The notes under the pieces were generated by a model. That model ran no database searches and had not been told where the DNA came from. It worked only from the letters and a program-made list of their open reading frames with translations. Positions 21,946-35,125 of a DNA stretch of 64,000 nt are shown one piece after another; within the stretch, counting starts at the first letter, position 1; every line of letters begins with the position of its first letter. The DNA comes from Sphyrna mokarran (taxonomy: Eukaryota). The DNA is taken from positions 80,724,001 to 80,788,000 of the forward strand of contig JAGIQG010000002.1 in NCBI GenBank assembly GCA_024679065.1, written 5' to 3'. The position numbers and the translations under genes are program-made.

Positions 21946-22879
21946 ATTTGGGGACGCAGGAAGAATGGACCTCACTTAGATCATCTGTAAGTAATAATTC
22001 TAATTTTGGAACTTTTTGAACACAGAACGTTCAAGGTAAAGATTGCTGGAGGTAATTTTGGCAATTTTAAATTGAGATAGTGAATTATTTAAAAAAAATA
22101 TGACATCTTTTCAAGACAAATCAGTACCTGTTGATTTCTCTGAAAGCTGACTGGTCTGTTTGCTATTGGCTGAAAGTTTTACAGACAGTATGCTAATATG
22201 TTTTAATTACATTCCAATCCACTATTGTGCTGATTCACAACTGGAGATTTGGTTTTAAATGAGTAGTGGCAACACCCCGATACTGCTTCAGCAATATTTA
22301 TGGATTTCTTTGACAGAAAATCAAGTTTATGTGGTTTTTGAATAAAGGATTTTTCAAAATGTTCTATTTTTCACATAATGGTTTCTAAAGTCAACAACCA
22401 GGGTACATCATGCATTTCTTCAGCCTGGTTTCAGTTTATTCTTTTGCCCTTTTCTTTATGATTTTAGTATACACAATGGTATTTTACAGTTACTGTATGA
22501 GTTGAATTTGGACCCTTTGAAAATTGGGGTCTTCCAGTCTTGGTTCTTCTTGTAATGCCACCAAGTAGTATTAACAACCTGCAAATCCTTCCAACACGTG
22601 CTAATGGCAGGCAATAAGAGTGGGAGAGGTTCCTGATGTGCCATGTGATTGAAAGAAAGTTGAAGCTTCTCCGACAATGTCCAGAACGCTAAAGTACAAA
22701 TTTTTAAGAAGTCTAACAACTTGTACTCCCTTAGTGATCTGTAAAACACACATAAGGTTGATTTCCCAATGTTGATCTTGAGTTGGTACTACTCCATATA
22801 AATTTAAAATTTCATTTGTCTTTATTTTTAATTTGTTCTCCCAATTTTAAAGATATTTAATCTATACATCTAAATTCTT

Positions 22880-23660
22880 TTGTTCATGCACTTCACTGGG
22901 AACTACACCATTTGAAGCATATTTCAGTTCTCTATTTATATTTCTTAAGTAAATGATCTCACATTTTTCTCTACTGAATTGCAAATGTCATTCATATTGC
23001 CTAGATATAGTGTATAGCAGAGTCCCACAATGTTTCTGCTTGTTTTCTACACTTTGTAGTTTTGAATTATTAGCCAATTTTTCCTAAATCCAGATCATGT
23101 ATATACAGTAAAATCCCTGGTCCCGATACTGATTTTTTAAAAACTTTATTCCAATCCAATCAAGTCAAATTAAATCCAATTCAGAGTCCCAACAAGTAGG
23201 GACATTCCCGATCCAAGCTGACAAAACAGGGCTCTCACCACTTGTCTTGGGCTTGATCTGTATGATCCAAGCTGATTGGAGTAGGTATAGCTCCTCCTCC
23301 AAGGCTGGATCTTATCTGTATCTTAGCCAAAAGGCCCAGATGCTGCTTTAAAAAATTGCTTCAAATGAAGCTGAAATGCAACCTAATGACTTCAACCAAG
23401 TGCAGATGTCGATACTACACTTGATCTTAGCCAGAAGGCCAAGTTGTAGAACTCCAGCACCAAGCCTAAAAACCATATATTTGTTGTAACCTTTTGCTAT
23501 CTGAATTCATTCACCTCTTTGTCCATATTGCCACACTTTAATCTGCACACCACTTTTTAAGGTACATTCTGAAAGTTTACGAAAAGACAGGGACTGAACT
23601 CCCATCTTTACTTTCAATTATTTTCTCAAAATATTTCATCAGGTTTGTCAAACATGACAT
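22880..23660 (-). mobile_element. Old decayed CR1 fragment hosting the U2-derived insertion
   Basis: ggtcccgatactgat...tgtagaactcc is the split antisense VPQGSVLGP motif. Confidence 0.5.
23144..23445 (-). mobile_element. Composite U2 snRNA-derived element: two U2 heads and two tandem hairpin cassettes
   Basis: 23440-23411 matches U2 nt 11-40 (29/30) and 23336-23320 matches U2 nt 11-27; cassettes at 23264-23311 and 23210-23258; U2 stem-IIb-like GTCCC..GGGAC follows. Confidence 0.8.
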
Positions 23661-24334
23661 ACACTTCATGAGTTTTACAATTGGATTGACTGGCAGCTTT
23701 TGAGAGTTGGACTTTCTGTCCCTGAGGGGTGACAGTCCCATTTTGATCTAGTTAATACCACACACAGCATATTAATGCTGTGGGGAAACCAGATTACATG
23801 TCGGTGACATCTGGACCGACTTTTAGCCCACTAAGTGTGAAGTAATCCCCATAAAATCCAACCCTACATACTTAAAATTTCAGAAAACTATCTCATAATA
23901 GGCTATTTTGGAATTAGAGGTGAGTTGTTAAAATAGAGTAATAACTGACTGCATCCTCCAAGGTGGAAATTTATTCGGCCTATTTGAAGACTTGTTATTG
24001 ATGGCCAGTTACAGAGTGGTTATTTTGCATTACTGTGAGAAATTATTTTACATTACTTTCATTCATGACCTGGAAGGAGTCTGTATGTTTGCAGAGGAAT
24101 GGAAGATCTGTGTGAATTTTAGGACTGTAACTGCAAATAAACTACTCTAAGTTGATCTAGGTGTGATGGAGAACTATGACCTGTTTAGTAAATTGCATTT
24201 AACTTAGCTAAAAGTACTGTTATGCACATGGTTAGGACTAATGTTATAAGTACTTAGACTCTACAGGGTAAAGTACATCAAGTCTGCTGAGAAGGAACAT
24301 GATCCTGGAATTATTCAAGATAATTATCCTAACT

Positions 24335-26085
24335 CTGTGTAGCTGTCCTGACCACCTGAGAGAGTCCACACTCAGCCCCAGGATTTGAGCGCTTTGACCT
24401 GATTGGCGAAACAGGTCACATGACTCTCAATAACCTTGTTTTTTAAAGAGGTTTGCTATATCTTTACCTCTTCAAGTCCCTTATTAACACATTCCAATAA
24501 AAGTTAAACAATTTTAAATATACATTATAACTTAATTCTTTAACATAGTTCATTATAAAGTCAGTCTATCAAGGGACCTTCTCTCCCCATGGGAGCGACA
24601 CAGCTGAACATAAGGTCCCCCAACAGTAGGGGTAAATTTGGTTTGACTTTCAGAAATTGGGCTTTCAACTTGTAAAGGTGAATCAGTGCAGATCACTTCT
24701 CCAGTTTCCACATGTGGTATGGAATAATGCCATTTGATGATATGAAATATTAGAACTCCTCGTTGATAAATGCTGTCCCAGCATTTAACAACAAGGCAAA
24801 CCATAGATGGCGAAGGTTTGCCTTAACATTTCCACTGTTGCAAAATAAGTCTTGGACTTCATTTCATAGATGTCTATTCATTTTGAGTGTTTATCTACTA
24901 TAAGTATGAACATTGTACCCAAGAATGGGTCTAGAAAATCAATGTGGAGTGTCATCCATGGCTGATATAAAAGCAAAATGCTGTGAATGCTGGAATCTGA
25001 TACAAAAACAGAACTCTGGGAAATCTCAGCAGGCCTGACAGCATCTGTGCAGAGAGAACAGAGCCAACATTTTGAGTCTTGATGACCCTTTGTCAGAAAT
25101 GGGTGACCTAGTCATTCCCAAGGCTGCACCGAGATTGCTGACAAGTAAATTTTGTTGTTGCTGGCACTGACTGTACTGTTTAGTCATGCTTTCTATACCC
25201 ATGTCTGATGTGGGGCAACCATACAAAGTTGTGAACCAAAATTTTCTTCTTGGACATCCCTGGGTAGACATCCGTCTTGACTGACCATCATATTCTACCC
25301 TGCCACCCCCCCGCCGCGCCCCCGCCCCCCGCCACCACTGCTCCCTCACAGAAGGATGCCAGCTTTGCAGCTCAATCTCAATTCATCCTTTGTTATTTGA
25401 AAGGGTTTTAGTTGTTCAGACATCCCCTGGCTGTGCTAGCCATGAAGAACCATATACTTAACTCTGGACAATATTCTATCCTTCTGAGTCCAGTAATTGA
25501 CCTTTGTATCAAGGAACTTCAAGACAAGGATATTTATAAGTGGCCAACAATAAAGTCCAATGCTATATTCTTCCAGGTGCTATTGGAGGGATGGTTTTAT
25601 CTTCTCTAAATAAACTTAGCAGGGATTTGTGATCAGTAATTATGGTGAAGTGCCATCCATAAACATATTGGTGGAATTTCTTTATCCCAGTTAGCCAATC
25701 CTTCTTTCTCGATCGGTGAGTATGCCTTTTCTGCATCACGTAAAATACTTAAAGCATAGCTGATGGGTCTTTCTAACATGTCCTTTATTTTTTTGTGTGA
25801 CAAAACAACTTCAATTTCTTAAAGAGATGCGTCACAAGTGAAAATGATTTAATTTGAATGGATTAACAACAGGATAACTGCAGGGCTTCTTTCACTTGCA
25901 GAAGACTTAATTTTGCCGTGTCTTCCAGTAACATCTCTGGTGTTTTTTTAATAATGCATGTAAAGCATAATTGACCTGTAGAACAAGTAATTGGCTTAAA
26001 TGGAGAGTCCAGATTTGCTTCATTCCAGCAAAGGAGAGATGCTCCAATCTGCAGCAAGGTCATGTATCACATAAATAACTGCTAG
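24335..26085 (-). mobile_element. Decayed Gypsy LTR retrotransposon: RNase H, integrase, PPT and partial 3' LTR
   Basis: KFHQYVYGWHFTIITDHKSLL (RNase H), PGMSKKK..ESMTKQYSQCQQ (integrase Zn-finger), ORF end ERRSLDRLTL*, purine tract 24480-24461, LTR from 24460. Confidence 0.8.
24966..25100 (-). mobile_element. Penelope-like terminal module inserted in the Gypsy remnant
   Basis: aaaagcaaaatgctgtgaatgctggaatctga..cagcaggcctgacagcatctgtgcagagagaacagag; related copies at 26105, 32010, 46015, 46380 and 60495. Confidence 0.6.
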
Positions 26086-28749
26086 GTAAATAATAAGAGG
26101 CTAATAAAAAGAAAATGTTGGAAGATCAGAGCAGGTTTGGCAGCATCTGGAGAGCAAGAAATGAGTGAGATTCTCTGGTTTCATCTGTGATGGGACTTGT
26201 TGCGAGCAAAGACAGAAAATTTGGCATTCTAACCAAAGTTCTGTTAACTTTCAGCAGTATTGGAAATCCCAGCTGCAAATGAGGATGGAAGATTGCTGCC
26301 AAAGTTTGCTACTTTCTTCCATCATTTTCTGTTCTATTTCAGATTTTCAGCACCCGCAGTATTTTGCTTTTCTGTAAGTACCCCTGTGTTCTCTTTAACT
26401 AAGTTTGACTGCGTAAAGAAAGAGGAATTTTATAGATTTTGTTTCACCTTGAATTTTTAAATCTTTCAATTCCTCTCTTCCAGAAGGCTGGCAACTGTTG
26501 ATCTTTTCTTGCCCTTCACGCTTCATAACTCTGCATAGAACCCAAGCTAAATTGTCATGTCACATCATTAATCGTTGATTCAACAATTTTTTTTAACCAG
26601 CAAAGCACTGGAAAGTGGAGGAATTGGCAGAAAAGTTTGGAAAAAATAATTAAGAAGACAGGTCAAAAATAATGAAACTGAAAGAATGGATTATACCATA
26701 AAGAAGAAATTGCTTCTGAAAATCTATAAATGGATGCAGTGACAAATGATGGGTTCACAGGGATGCTCTGCTATTGATCACAATAGCTTTCTAGGGCTGG
26801 GGGAGGTTCTTTTATTTGCCTATGAATGTAAGATATCTTTATCTTTGTGAACATGTTAGAAAAGGTTGAATGGATGGGAGGGAGGATATTGGGATGTACG
26901 AGTTCGCATTGGAAGAATGTGGAATTTGCAGCTTCTCAAAGCTGCTTAAGTTAAGGATTGTGTGTTTGAAAATGTGTAAAAAAAATCCCCATGTTTTTTC
27001 CCCTTTGATTGGATAACAGTCCTCGACAATGAAAATCAGGTCAGCAATGAAAATCTCCTGAAGTAAAGTTCCTAAATCCTTCCCCCTCCTGACAATGTTT
27101 GGGATGGGTAAAGATCTCTCCTTGCCAATCCATTGAGTAAACCTTCACAAAGACTAGAATTCAAGGTATTTAAGCCCTGCCCTCATTTCTAGCCATTTTA
27201 ATGGACTGTCAGTTGAATTGGAGAGGAATATGTTGGAAGAGGCATAGACATTTAGGGCTGTTGAATACTCAATTTATTGTTTCTGCCTAGTGAAAGTTGG
27301 TGGAGTTTGGCAATTGAAAGCCAAAGGAGCCGAACAACTAATGTTCAGCTTAACAGCCTTCTTAATTCAGGAGACAATCAGAGTGGTTTCTACATTTTGG
27401 CTAAGAACAATTAGTTTCTCATTAGTAAGTGTGGTGTTAGAGATATGCAGAGGCAATGCTGCACAATTCCAATTGAATTCAAATTCATACAATTATGATT
27501 TAAAAATACATTTGCAAATTGCCTTTTATACTTACCCCTCCTTTACAGAGAAAACTTTGGTTTAGAAATATTTTCAGACCCACTAGCAATATTTTCTTTT
27601 GGGTTAAAATATAATCTGTTTGTCACTTTAAAAATTAAAGATGATGAAACAAATATTCTTTAGTTGGTTTAAAATCATGTTACATTGTCATTACTGTGCT
27701 AATGTTTTTGCTAGTGTTAACTGGGGTGTACAGATATTAGAAATGTAAATAATTGCTTCTCTTTCTGAGGCTTCTTATCAACAAATCAAAGAAACATCCT
27801 TCTTGCCAATCCTACATTACAGCTGATCCATTCTCAGATGCTGCAGTGACCTTCTTGAGATTAGGTGAATTTAAATTGCCAAATGCTGCTGTTCTCCACT
27901 GCATTCATTGTGAAGCATTGTTCATTGGTTTTTCCCAATTTGAATACTGTTAGGGTATTGGAACTGAATAAACTGAAATTATAAAGTTGTTCAACTGAAA
28001 GATTCATGGACCTGATAGTCTCACTTCTGTGCTCAAGAATATAATCCATTTCCCTCTGTGTCATTCTCCAAGTTAATACAAACACGCATAATTAACCAAG
28101 GCAGATTTTAGTTTCAGTAAGTTCTGAAGCGCATTAAGATGATGAGTTCAGCTACCATGATTTTTTCAATTGTCGAGTTAAACTGATTTAATTTTCTTAA
28201 AAGATGAGTGGTCTGACTTCAATTTATTGATATTAAATAAACCTCAAGATATACCTCTTTATCGACCAACAAGAAACTACTGTGGATGCTGGTAAGTCTT
28301 AATATCAGTATAGTAGATTGCCTTTTAAACTACCACACCCTTATATTTCCAGAAATAATTCTTTTTATGAGGCCAGGGTTGACAGGTTTGACTGCTTGCT
28401 CAGTTGGCTGGGAACTTCAGATGGCTCTGAAAACTTGGCAACTTTTCAAAATATCATACACTCGTCATATTTCATCCGTTTGTCTGAATGATGACTAGTC
28501 TTTTGGCTATTGGCTTAAAGTCTTATTAGGTAGTTTACATGTTATAATTTATTCAAAATGACCATTGTGCTGATTCATAACTTCAGCCTTTGATTTAAAT
28601 GAATGCCAGCACATACAATATTAATAAACTTTTCTACTGCATTACCCAATATCTGTTCAAACCCATTAGCATATTTTAACAGCAAAAAGAGATTTCAATT
28701 TTTATTAACCTTTTGACTATCTATTTGGCTGATCTGGTTGATGAAAGTC

Positions 28750-28920
28750 TTAGAATCCTACAGTGCAGAAGGAGGCCATTCGTCCCATCAAGTTGGCACT
28801 GACCATAATCCCACCCAGGTCCTATCCCATAATCCCATGCATTTACCTTGGTTTGTCCCTCTGACATTAAGGAGCAATTTACATAGCCAGTTCATCTAAT
28901 CTGCGTATCTTTGGACATCT
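28750..28920 (-). mobile_element. HE1-type SINE 3' half
   Basis: tagaatcctacagtgcagaaggaggccattc tail. Confidence 0.8.
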
Positions 28921-28959
28921 TATTTTAACACATGATATAGTAACCTTTTTTTGCAAATT

Positions 28960-29270
28960 TAGCATACACATTAGGGGCAGAAGTGGGCTATTCTTCCCCT
29001 CATGCCTGTCCCAACATCCAAAAAGATCATGAATAATCTGATTGTGTCCTCAATTCCACTTTCCACCTACCCCCCTAATAACCTTTGACTCCCTTGTTAA
29101 TCAAGAATCTATCTACTTCTATCATAAAAATGCTCCCACTTTCCACTGCCTTCCAGAGAAGAGAGTTGTAAAGATACTTGACCCTCTGAGAGAAAATATT
29201 TTTTCTCATTACTTTTTTAAATGAGAGACACCTTACTTTCAAAAAAACATGCCGTAGTTCTAGTTGAAAG
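28960..29270 (-). mobile_element. CR1 LINE 3' end
   Basis: RKNIFSQRV..YNSLLWKAVE..EVDRFLINKGVKGY*. Confidence 0.8.
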
Positions 29271-30579
29271 AATTGGATTGGGAATTGAAAGGAATGAAGC
29301 ACTAAGTTTTCATGAAAAAGATCGAAACAATTGATTTTTTTGACTTCTGTATGGACACAAGAAAAAGATGGCAGAATGATGGAACTTGTTATAATATCTC
29401 AAATGGGTGATTCAAGAGAAGCTATGAATAATATTTAAGTTGGACCTTTTGCTGGTTGTATCAAATAATATGACTTATGATTTCATAGTACAAAATTCAT
29501 TTTCTGATGTTACTAAAGTGGGCTTCTTTGTCAGTAAATGATATTAACAAGGCAAAACAAACAGTAGTTAAAAACATTTTGTATTTAATTTTCTGTTTTT
29601 ATGTGTATTCACGCAACATCTGGAAGATATAAACCTATAATTTTCTTTAGAATCACATTTGTAGCAATAAGCAGCAATTGGAACTCATAGAATAAACTTT
29701 ATTGAATTAATCAACTTGTAATACGCAACTTCATTGTTCTTTACAATATGAAGTAAGCTATCGACAGATTTAGTTTTTTTTGTAAAGCCATGTTCTATTA
29801 TACAGGAAACATTACACTCCAAAGTCATGCTGTGCAATGTCCCTTAGTCTATTTGTTTTAGATATTAACCTATTTATTGTAACTGATTAATATCTGTGTT
29901 AAAGTATAATTTGCACGGATTGCATACTAATATAAAGTACAGTGTAACTTTTCTGTGAATTGTTATTACAGCTACTGAAAACAAGATAGACTTATAAATG
30001 CATACTTAGTCGCTATATTGTTTACGTCAATCCAGGTGCTATTCTGTGTATGTTTAGATTGCAAAATTATCGTTCTGAAAGAGGGTAATATTGAAAACAC
30101 ACTGGGTAAAGCATTAGTGCAAGAAGCTTTAATCATATTCAGATGATGCTGGTAATAGAGGAGTCATTTTAAATGTTTGTTAAATTCATGTATATAACAA
30201 TCAAACAGCCTTTCTTTACGCACAAGTCTTTTCCTAAACCATCTCATTCACATGCATGCTGTATTTGCTATTAGTATCTAAGAAGTACATTAATTGATTT
30301 TTTTCATACCAATATCAACTGTTACCACATAAAGACACATTCAAACCCATGATAAATGATTTTGTATTTTGCAGCCTTCTTTTAGAATTATGGTTTTTAT
30401 ATCGCTAGAGAACCAATTCATTTTACAAATAGGGGACAACATCTTCATTTGGTTGTGCTAATCTTGGTTATCAGTGAATTGCAGTCGTTAAACTTTGGAG
30501 CCTAAATTTACGTTTGAAATTTTACAATTTAGTATAATTATTAATTTTGGAGTTTTATTCCTAAATTTTCAAAACTTTT

Positions 30580-30981
30580 GAGGTGAATTTTGCTGGCACA
30601 GCAGAAATAGCCAGTAGTACTGTGAAAATGGTGAGCAATGACCTGCTGCCATTATTTTGGCTGTGTCAATAGGTGGATCTTCCAGTCCAGCTGATGATGG
30701 CCCTCCTGCAGTAGGTTCCCCAATGGCAGTTCAGGCTGTCCACAGAAAATGCCATAGACAACAGTAGGACCAGATGATTGGTGAGGAAGATCAGGTCCTA
30801 CTCAATTTTTCCCAGGCCTGCTACTGGAGTCAAGTGATAGTCCCTTTTAAAATGCTAATCATGTCCTAAGGTATACAGGCTGAAAATGCTGCAAGTTGTT
30901 CAAAGGTGCACTGACTTCGGCTCAAACAGAAAATCTTGCTGGTGTTGTGGCGGAGTGGGGGGGGGACATAAAATTCTGCTC
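30580..30981. mobile_element. Non-autonomous TIR element (MITE-like)
   Basis: TIRs GAGGTGAATTTT ... AAAATTCTGCTC. Confidence 0.6.
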
Positions 30982-32413
30982 ATCAGTTCAGCTGAGCTTG
31001 AATTATTGATACAAATATCAATGGGACTGTGAAATTTGCTTTGCATGACAAGAAAATCTAAAGGCACGAAGAAAGCTGGGGAAAAAGCAAGTGAAGATAG
31101 CTTCCTCTGAATCTTCCTAGCTTAAAATTTTTTCAGTGCTGCTTACATATATGTAATATGTTGAAGAAGGTGGGCAAATCTACATCCTCCCTTCTGGAAT
31201 TGAGGGCCAGCAAGTTAAGCACTTCGCTGTCACTTTATTCTTGAGTTAGTTTCAGTACTTATTCAGTTCTCTTTCCATCGTAGAATACAAAAACAATTTC
31301 TTTGTTGAATATTAAAATATATTTTCCATTTGAAAATAATTAGTCTTGGTTGCCTTACTTTGTAAATGATATTAAGGATTTGGAAAAGTGGTGGAGGAGA
31401 TTCAAACGTCAGGGTTGATTTTATACATATCTTAACCATGAATAAAAAAGGGACATGGATGTAAAATCTTGTGAGAACTGGAAAACAAGGTTCTTGGTGC
31501 GAGATCTTTTAAATAATTTTCCCTATCCTATGCCAGTGACGTAAAGAAGGTGGGAAATTAATTTAAAAACATCTAAATTTTAACATAATGAATGGGCTTC
31601 CCTACCATATTTCCTCCCACATTTAGAATGGGGGATGTTGCCCCAGTGCTTGTGAAAGGAGGGGGGGTGTGGTTCCCAGTAAATGTGGGAGGGAGGATTT
31701 TTAAAATGAAAATTGGGGCATCCTTTTTCGATGCTCCAGAGCAATAGTGTGATCCACGACCTCAGATTTTCTCTACACAGAGTGTCCCAATATCCAGTCC
31801 TGCAGCTGGAGAGCTGCACTCCAATTTTCTCACCTCAGCCAGCACTCTGTGCGCAAAATGCAAAATACTGACCATCCTGATATACTCCAAGAATTAAGTC
31901 TGCAAACTTCAAAAAATAGTAAATCAGAAGTGATTCAGTGATTTATAAGGGGGTTGAGAAATTAGATTGTGTTCTTAATATTCAAGGAACAAAATACTAT
32001 AAATTCTATATAAAAACATAAAATGCTGGTAATACTCAACAGCTTTGGAAGTATCTGTGGAAAGAGAAACAAAATTAGCATTTCAGGTTGATGAACTTTC
32101 GTCATTTTAACTGAAAAGGTTATGGAAGGCTGGGGGTTGCACTTACAAATTATAGAAGGACAGAACAAGATTGAATGGGTGATTCTTTTTCCAGAGAATA
32201 ATGAACATGTGAAGCAGTTTATCAGTGAGTCTGGTGAATGCTGATTCACATCAAGTCAGATCAGGTTCTGACTCTGGCTAGCGGGGAAGTCATCTTATGC
32301 AAGAGGTATAGCTCCTCTATTTAAATCAGAGTGAACATAATCTTTTGGCCTACTCTCAATTACAGGGCTTGGAGAAAAGTTTTCCAAAATTTAGTTCCCC
32401 TAATCTGCCTAAC

Positions 32414-32763
32414 GGCAGCACAGTGGCATAGTGGTTAGCGCTATTACATCACAGTGCCAGAGACCCTGGTTCAATTTCAGTCTTAAGTGACTATATGTAT
32501 GGAGTTTACACATTCTCCCAGTATCTGTGTGGTTTTCCTCTGGGTGCTCCAGTTTCCTTCCACATTCCAAAGATGTGTGGATTAGGTTGATTGGCCATAC
32601 TACATTGTCCTTTAGTGTCCCAAGATATGCAAGCTAGGGGATTAATGGGGTAAATATGTGGGATTACGGTCATAGGATCAGGGCAAAATGCTCTGTTGGA
32701 GAGTTGATGCAGACTTGATAGGACAAATGGCCTCTTTCTGTACTATAATGATTCTATGATTCT
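32414..32763 (+). mobile_element. Full-length HE1-type SINE
   Basis: tRNA-like A/B boxes (gtggcatagtggttag, ggttcaattt), core, atgattctatgattct tail. Confidence 0.92.
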
Positions 32764-32905
32764 AATTGCATTAGGGCTTTTAGCATGTTTTAATACTTTG
32801 CCCATGAGTTTATATGGATCAGGTTGGATAGAAAGATTTTGTATAAAGTATCCAAACCATATAGAACAGGCTAGATGGACAATTGGATTCACTATTAATA
32901 AATTT

Positions 32906-33180
32906 TCATAGAATCTGTATTGTGCAGAAGGAGGCCATTGTGCCCATCGTGTCTGCATCAACAACAATCCTACCCAGGCCCTATCTTACCTTAGTAGTCC
33001 CCTTGACAGGATGGTACTTTACTGGCACATCTGCCCAAGGTTCATATGATCCCGCCCGAGGCCAATGGAGATTGCTGTTTTCCAATCCTCGCCTGCCCCC
33101 GGAATCGGGATTGGCGTATCAGTAAAATTCTGGCCAAAGAGTCGATTTAGCATGGCCAATCCACCTAACCCGCACGTTTG
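32906..33180 (-). mobile_element. HE1-type SINE fragment interrupted by a MITE
   Basis: Tail at 32906-33008 resumes at 33136 (atttagcatggccaatccacctaacc). Confidence 0.8.
33009..33135. mobile_element. 127-bp MITE
   Basis: TIRs GGATGGTACTTTACTG / CAGTAAAATTCTGGCC. Confidence 0.65.
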
Positions 33181-34789
33181 AACTTCTGTATGTTTCATGT
33201 CGGTGAATGAAATTTAGGATATCAGAATGTCAACATGATGGTTAGATGTCGATGTTGCATCACAGTCCTTAGTTTCCACAGTGCAGTGTGATTTTAACTT
33301 CAAATTTATTTTAAGTTGTATCAATTGCCAAGATCGATTGCCTATTCAGAGGTAGATTCCATTAAAATAAGCAGAAGTGTGGTAAATTAATGAAACGCTG
33401 TGAAAATGTGCTCAAACAAGATTGCTGTTAAGATAAGGCAATAGTGTGTGAAATATTGGTATGTGCATCAGGATACTGAGGCCAAAAATACTCAGAAAAA
33501 TAATGACATTTTTCTGTTTGGGTAGCAGTGTGCATCGGCGCATGTCAGAGGCACAGAATAAGTTAGTGGCTTTGGCCCAACTGAAATAATCAAGAACATG
33601 CAAAAGAACCGGAAAGGTCAGTGCAAAAGAATTACATTTTGTGTTGGATTTACATGAACTTATTCATACGCCCAAAGGCCCTGTACAGCAGCCATTCGCG
33701 TCAGCCATGTACTGCCTGCTACTCTTTCATTTATCTTTAGAATACTGAACATCTCAATTTATTTCCTCCTTTGACTGTTGTGTATTAATTCTGTATTCAT
33801 TTTTCTGTTGTTAATGGATCTGCTTGCCTCACAAACAATAATGTCATAGATTTCCTCACAAACAATAATTTTACTAAATAACTGAGTCATATTGTATTTT
33901 TTGAATCCATTGGTAAGAATCTCTCTCCCTGAAGGAATTGGGTATTTTCTATTGGAGCTAAAGCTATCCCAGCCAGTTAATTGCCAAACTTTATTGTTCA
34001 TTGATTTTCAAGTTCTTTGTATTTATGTCAGATTTTAACAATTGTCTCTTGTTTCAAATCTAATTTTAGATAGAAAATCATATATGATGGCTTGGATATT
34101 ACAATATATGGAATGCAGATATATAATTAGACTCAAGAATGCAATAATGGCCCTGAGAGTGTTGCTCTCCCCCCTCTCTCGCTGTGTTAGACTAGATGCT
34201 TGTGCTCTTTATTTCATCTCCATCACTGTCTCTATTTTTATCTTTGTCCTATCACTGACTGTTGGATCCGTGCTTATTCTCTTCTACCCTTGTTTCTTGC
34301 TCCCTCTTTCATGCCTCCCTTTTCTTCCTCTTACCTCTCACCCCCTGATTTGGGTCATTCTGATCCTCTTCCATCTGATTATCTTTTTCATAATTTTCTC
34401 AGTTTGATAGTTTTCCTGAATCTCAGAAATGGTCCTTTACCCAATGGGCATGTCTGAATCTGAGACATTTCCATTGGTGACTGCAGTTCCCTTACCCCAG
34501 CATCCGTCCTCAGCTATACTTTGTAACAGTTCTGTGTGAGAGTGATGGTGGTGAGTGCTTGCTTTAATAGTCGCAACATGACCCTACTTTTTTTTTAATG
34601 ATGTCCTGATCTTGGAGCATTGGCACTTGCTGGTGGGTTCCTTGAGATGAGTTCATTTAAATCTTTCAGATGGTTGAATCCCATCTGACTGATGCTGCTT
34701 GCTCCAGTGGGAAACATTCTTGTTTTTCCATTGGCATGGGCACTTAGCCTGAAAATGGGCGAATTCTGCCCATAATTAATTGGGGGAGG

Positions 34790-35125
34790 AGACAGCGATA
34801 ATGCCATTGGACAGCTAATTCCAGAAGCCAGGCTAATGTTCTGGGAAATGTGTTCAAATCCACCCACAATTGAAAATTCAGTTCATTGATCTGGATTTGC
34901 AAACCAGTGCCGTTGATTATTGTAAAAACCCATCAGGTTCAATAATGTCCTTCAGGAGACAAAATCTGCCATCCTTATCCATTCTGGCTTGTGTGATTCC
35001 AGACACACACAAATATGGTTGACTCTTAATTGCCATCTGAAATGATCTAGCAAACCACTCAGTTCAAGGGCAATTAGACAGGGGCAACAAACAATGGCTT
35101 TATCAACGATGTCACATCCCATGAA
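34790..35125 (+). mobile_element. tRNA-derived SINE (non-HE1) with LINE-derived tail
   Basis: gttcaaatcc B box; tail caagggcaattagacaggggcaacaaac..cacatcccatgaa matches the LINE end at 3130-3200. Confidence 0.75.

Noticed and set aside
23210-23311. CRISPR-like array
   Set aside because: Vertebrate DNA, only two units, no cas genes; reported instead as U2-derived hairpin cassettes.
23136-23354. TTTAAAAA as a TSD around the inner U2-derived unit
   Set aside because: Low complexity, and the host LINE motif resumes only after ~23445, so the insertion appears larger.
23411-23440. Functional U2 snRNA gene
   Set aside because: Only 30 nt match; the sequence diverges right after GTAGTATC and lies inside a decayed LINE.
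32303-32319. AGAGG-TATAGCT-CCTCT hairpin sharing its loop with cassette A
   Set aside because: No cassette ends or U2 head around it; too short to exclude chance.
32414-32490. tRNA gene
   Set aside because: The A/B boxes belong to the HE1 SINE head and run directly into the SINE core.
34042-34457. Hydrophobic 121-aa ORF resembling a membrane protein
   Set aside because: Pyrimidine-rich low-complexity sequence with no family motif or splice support.
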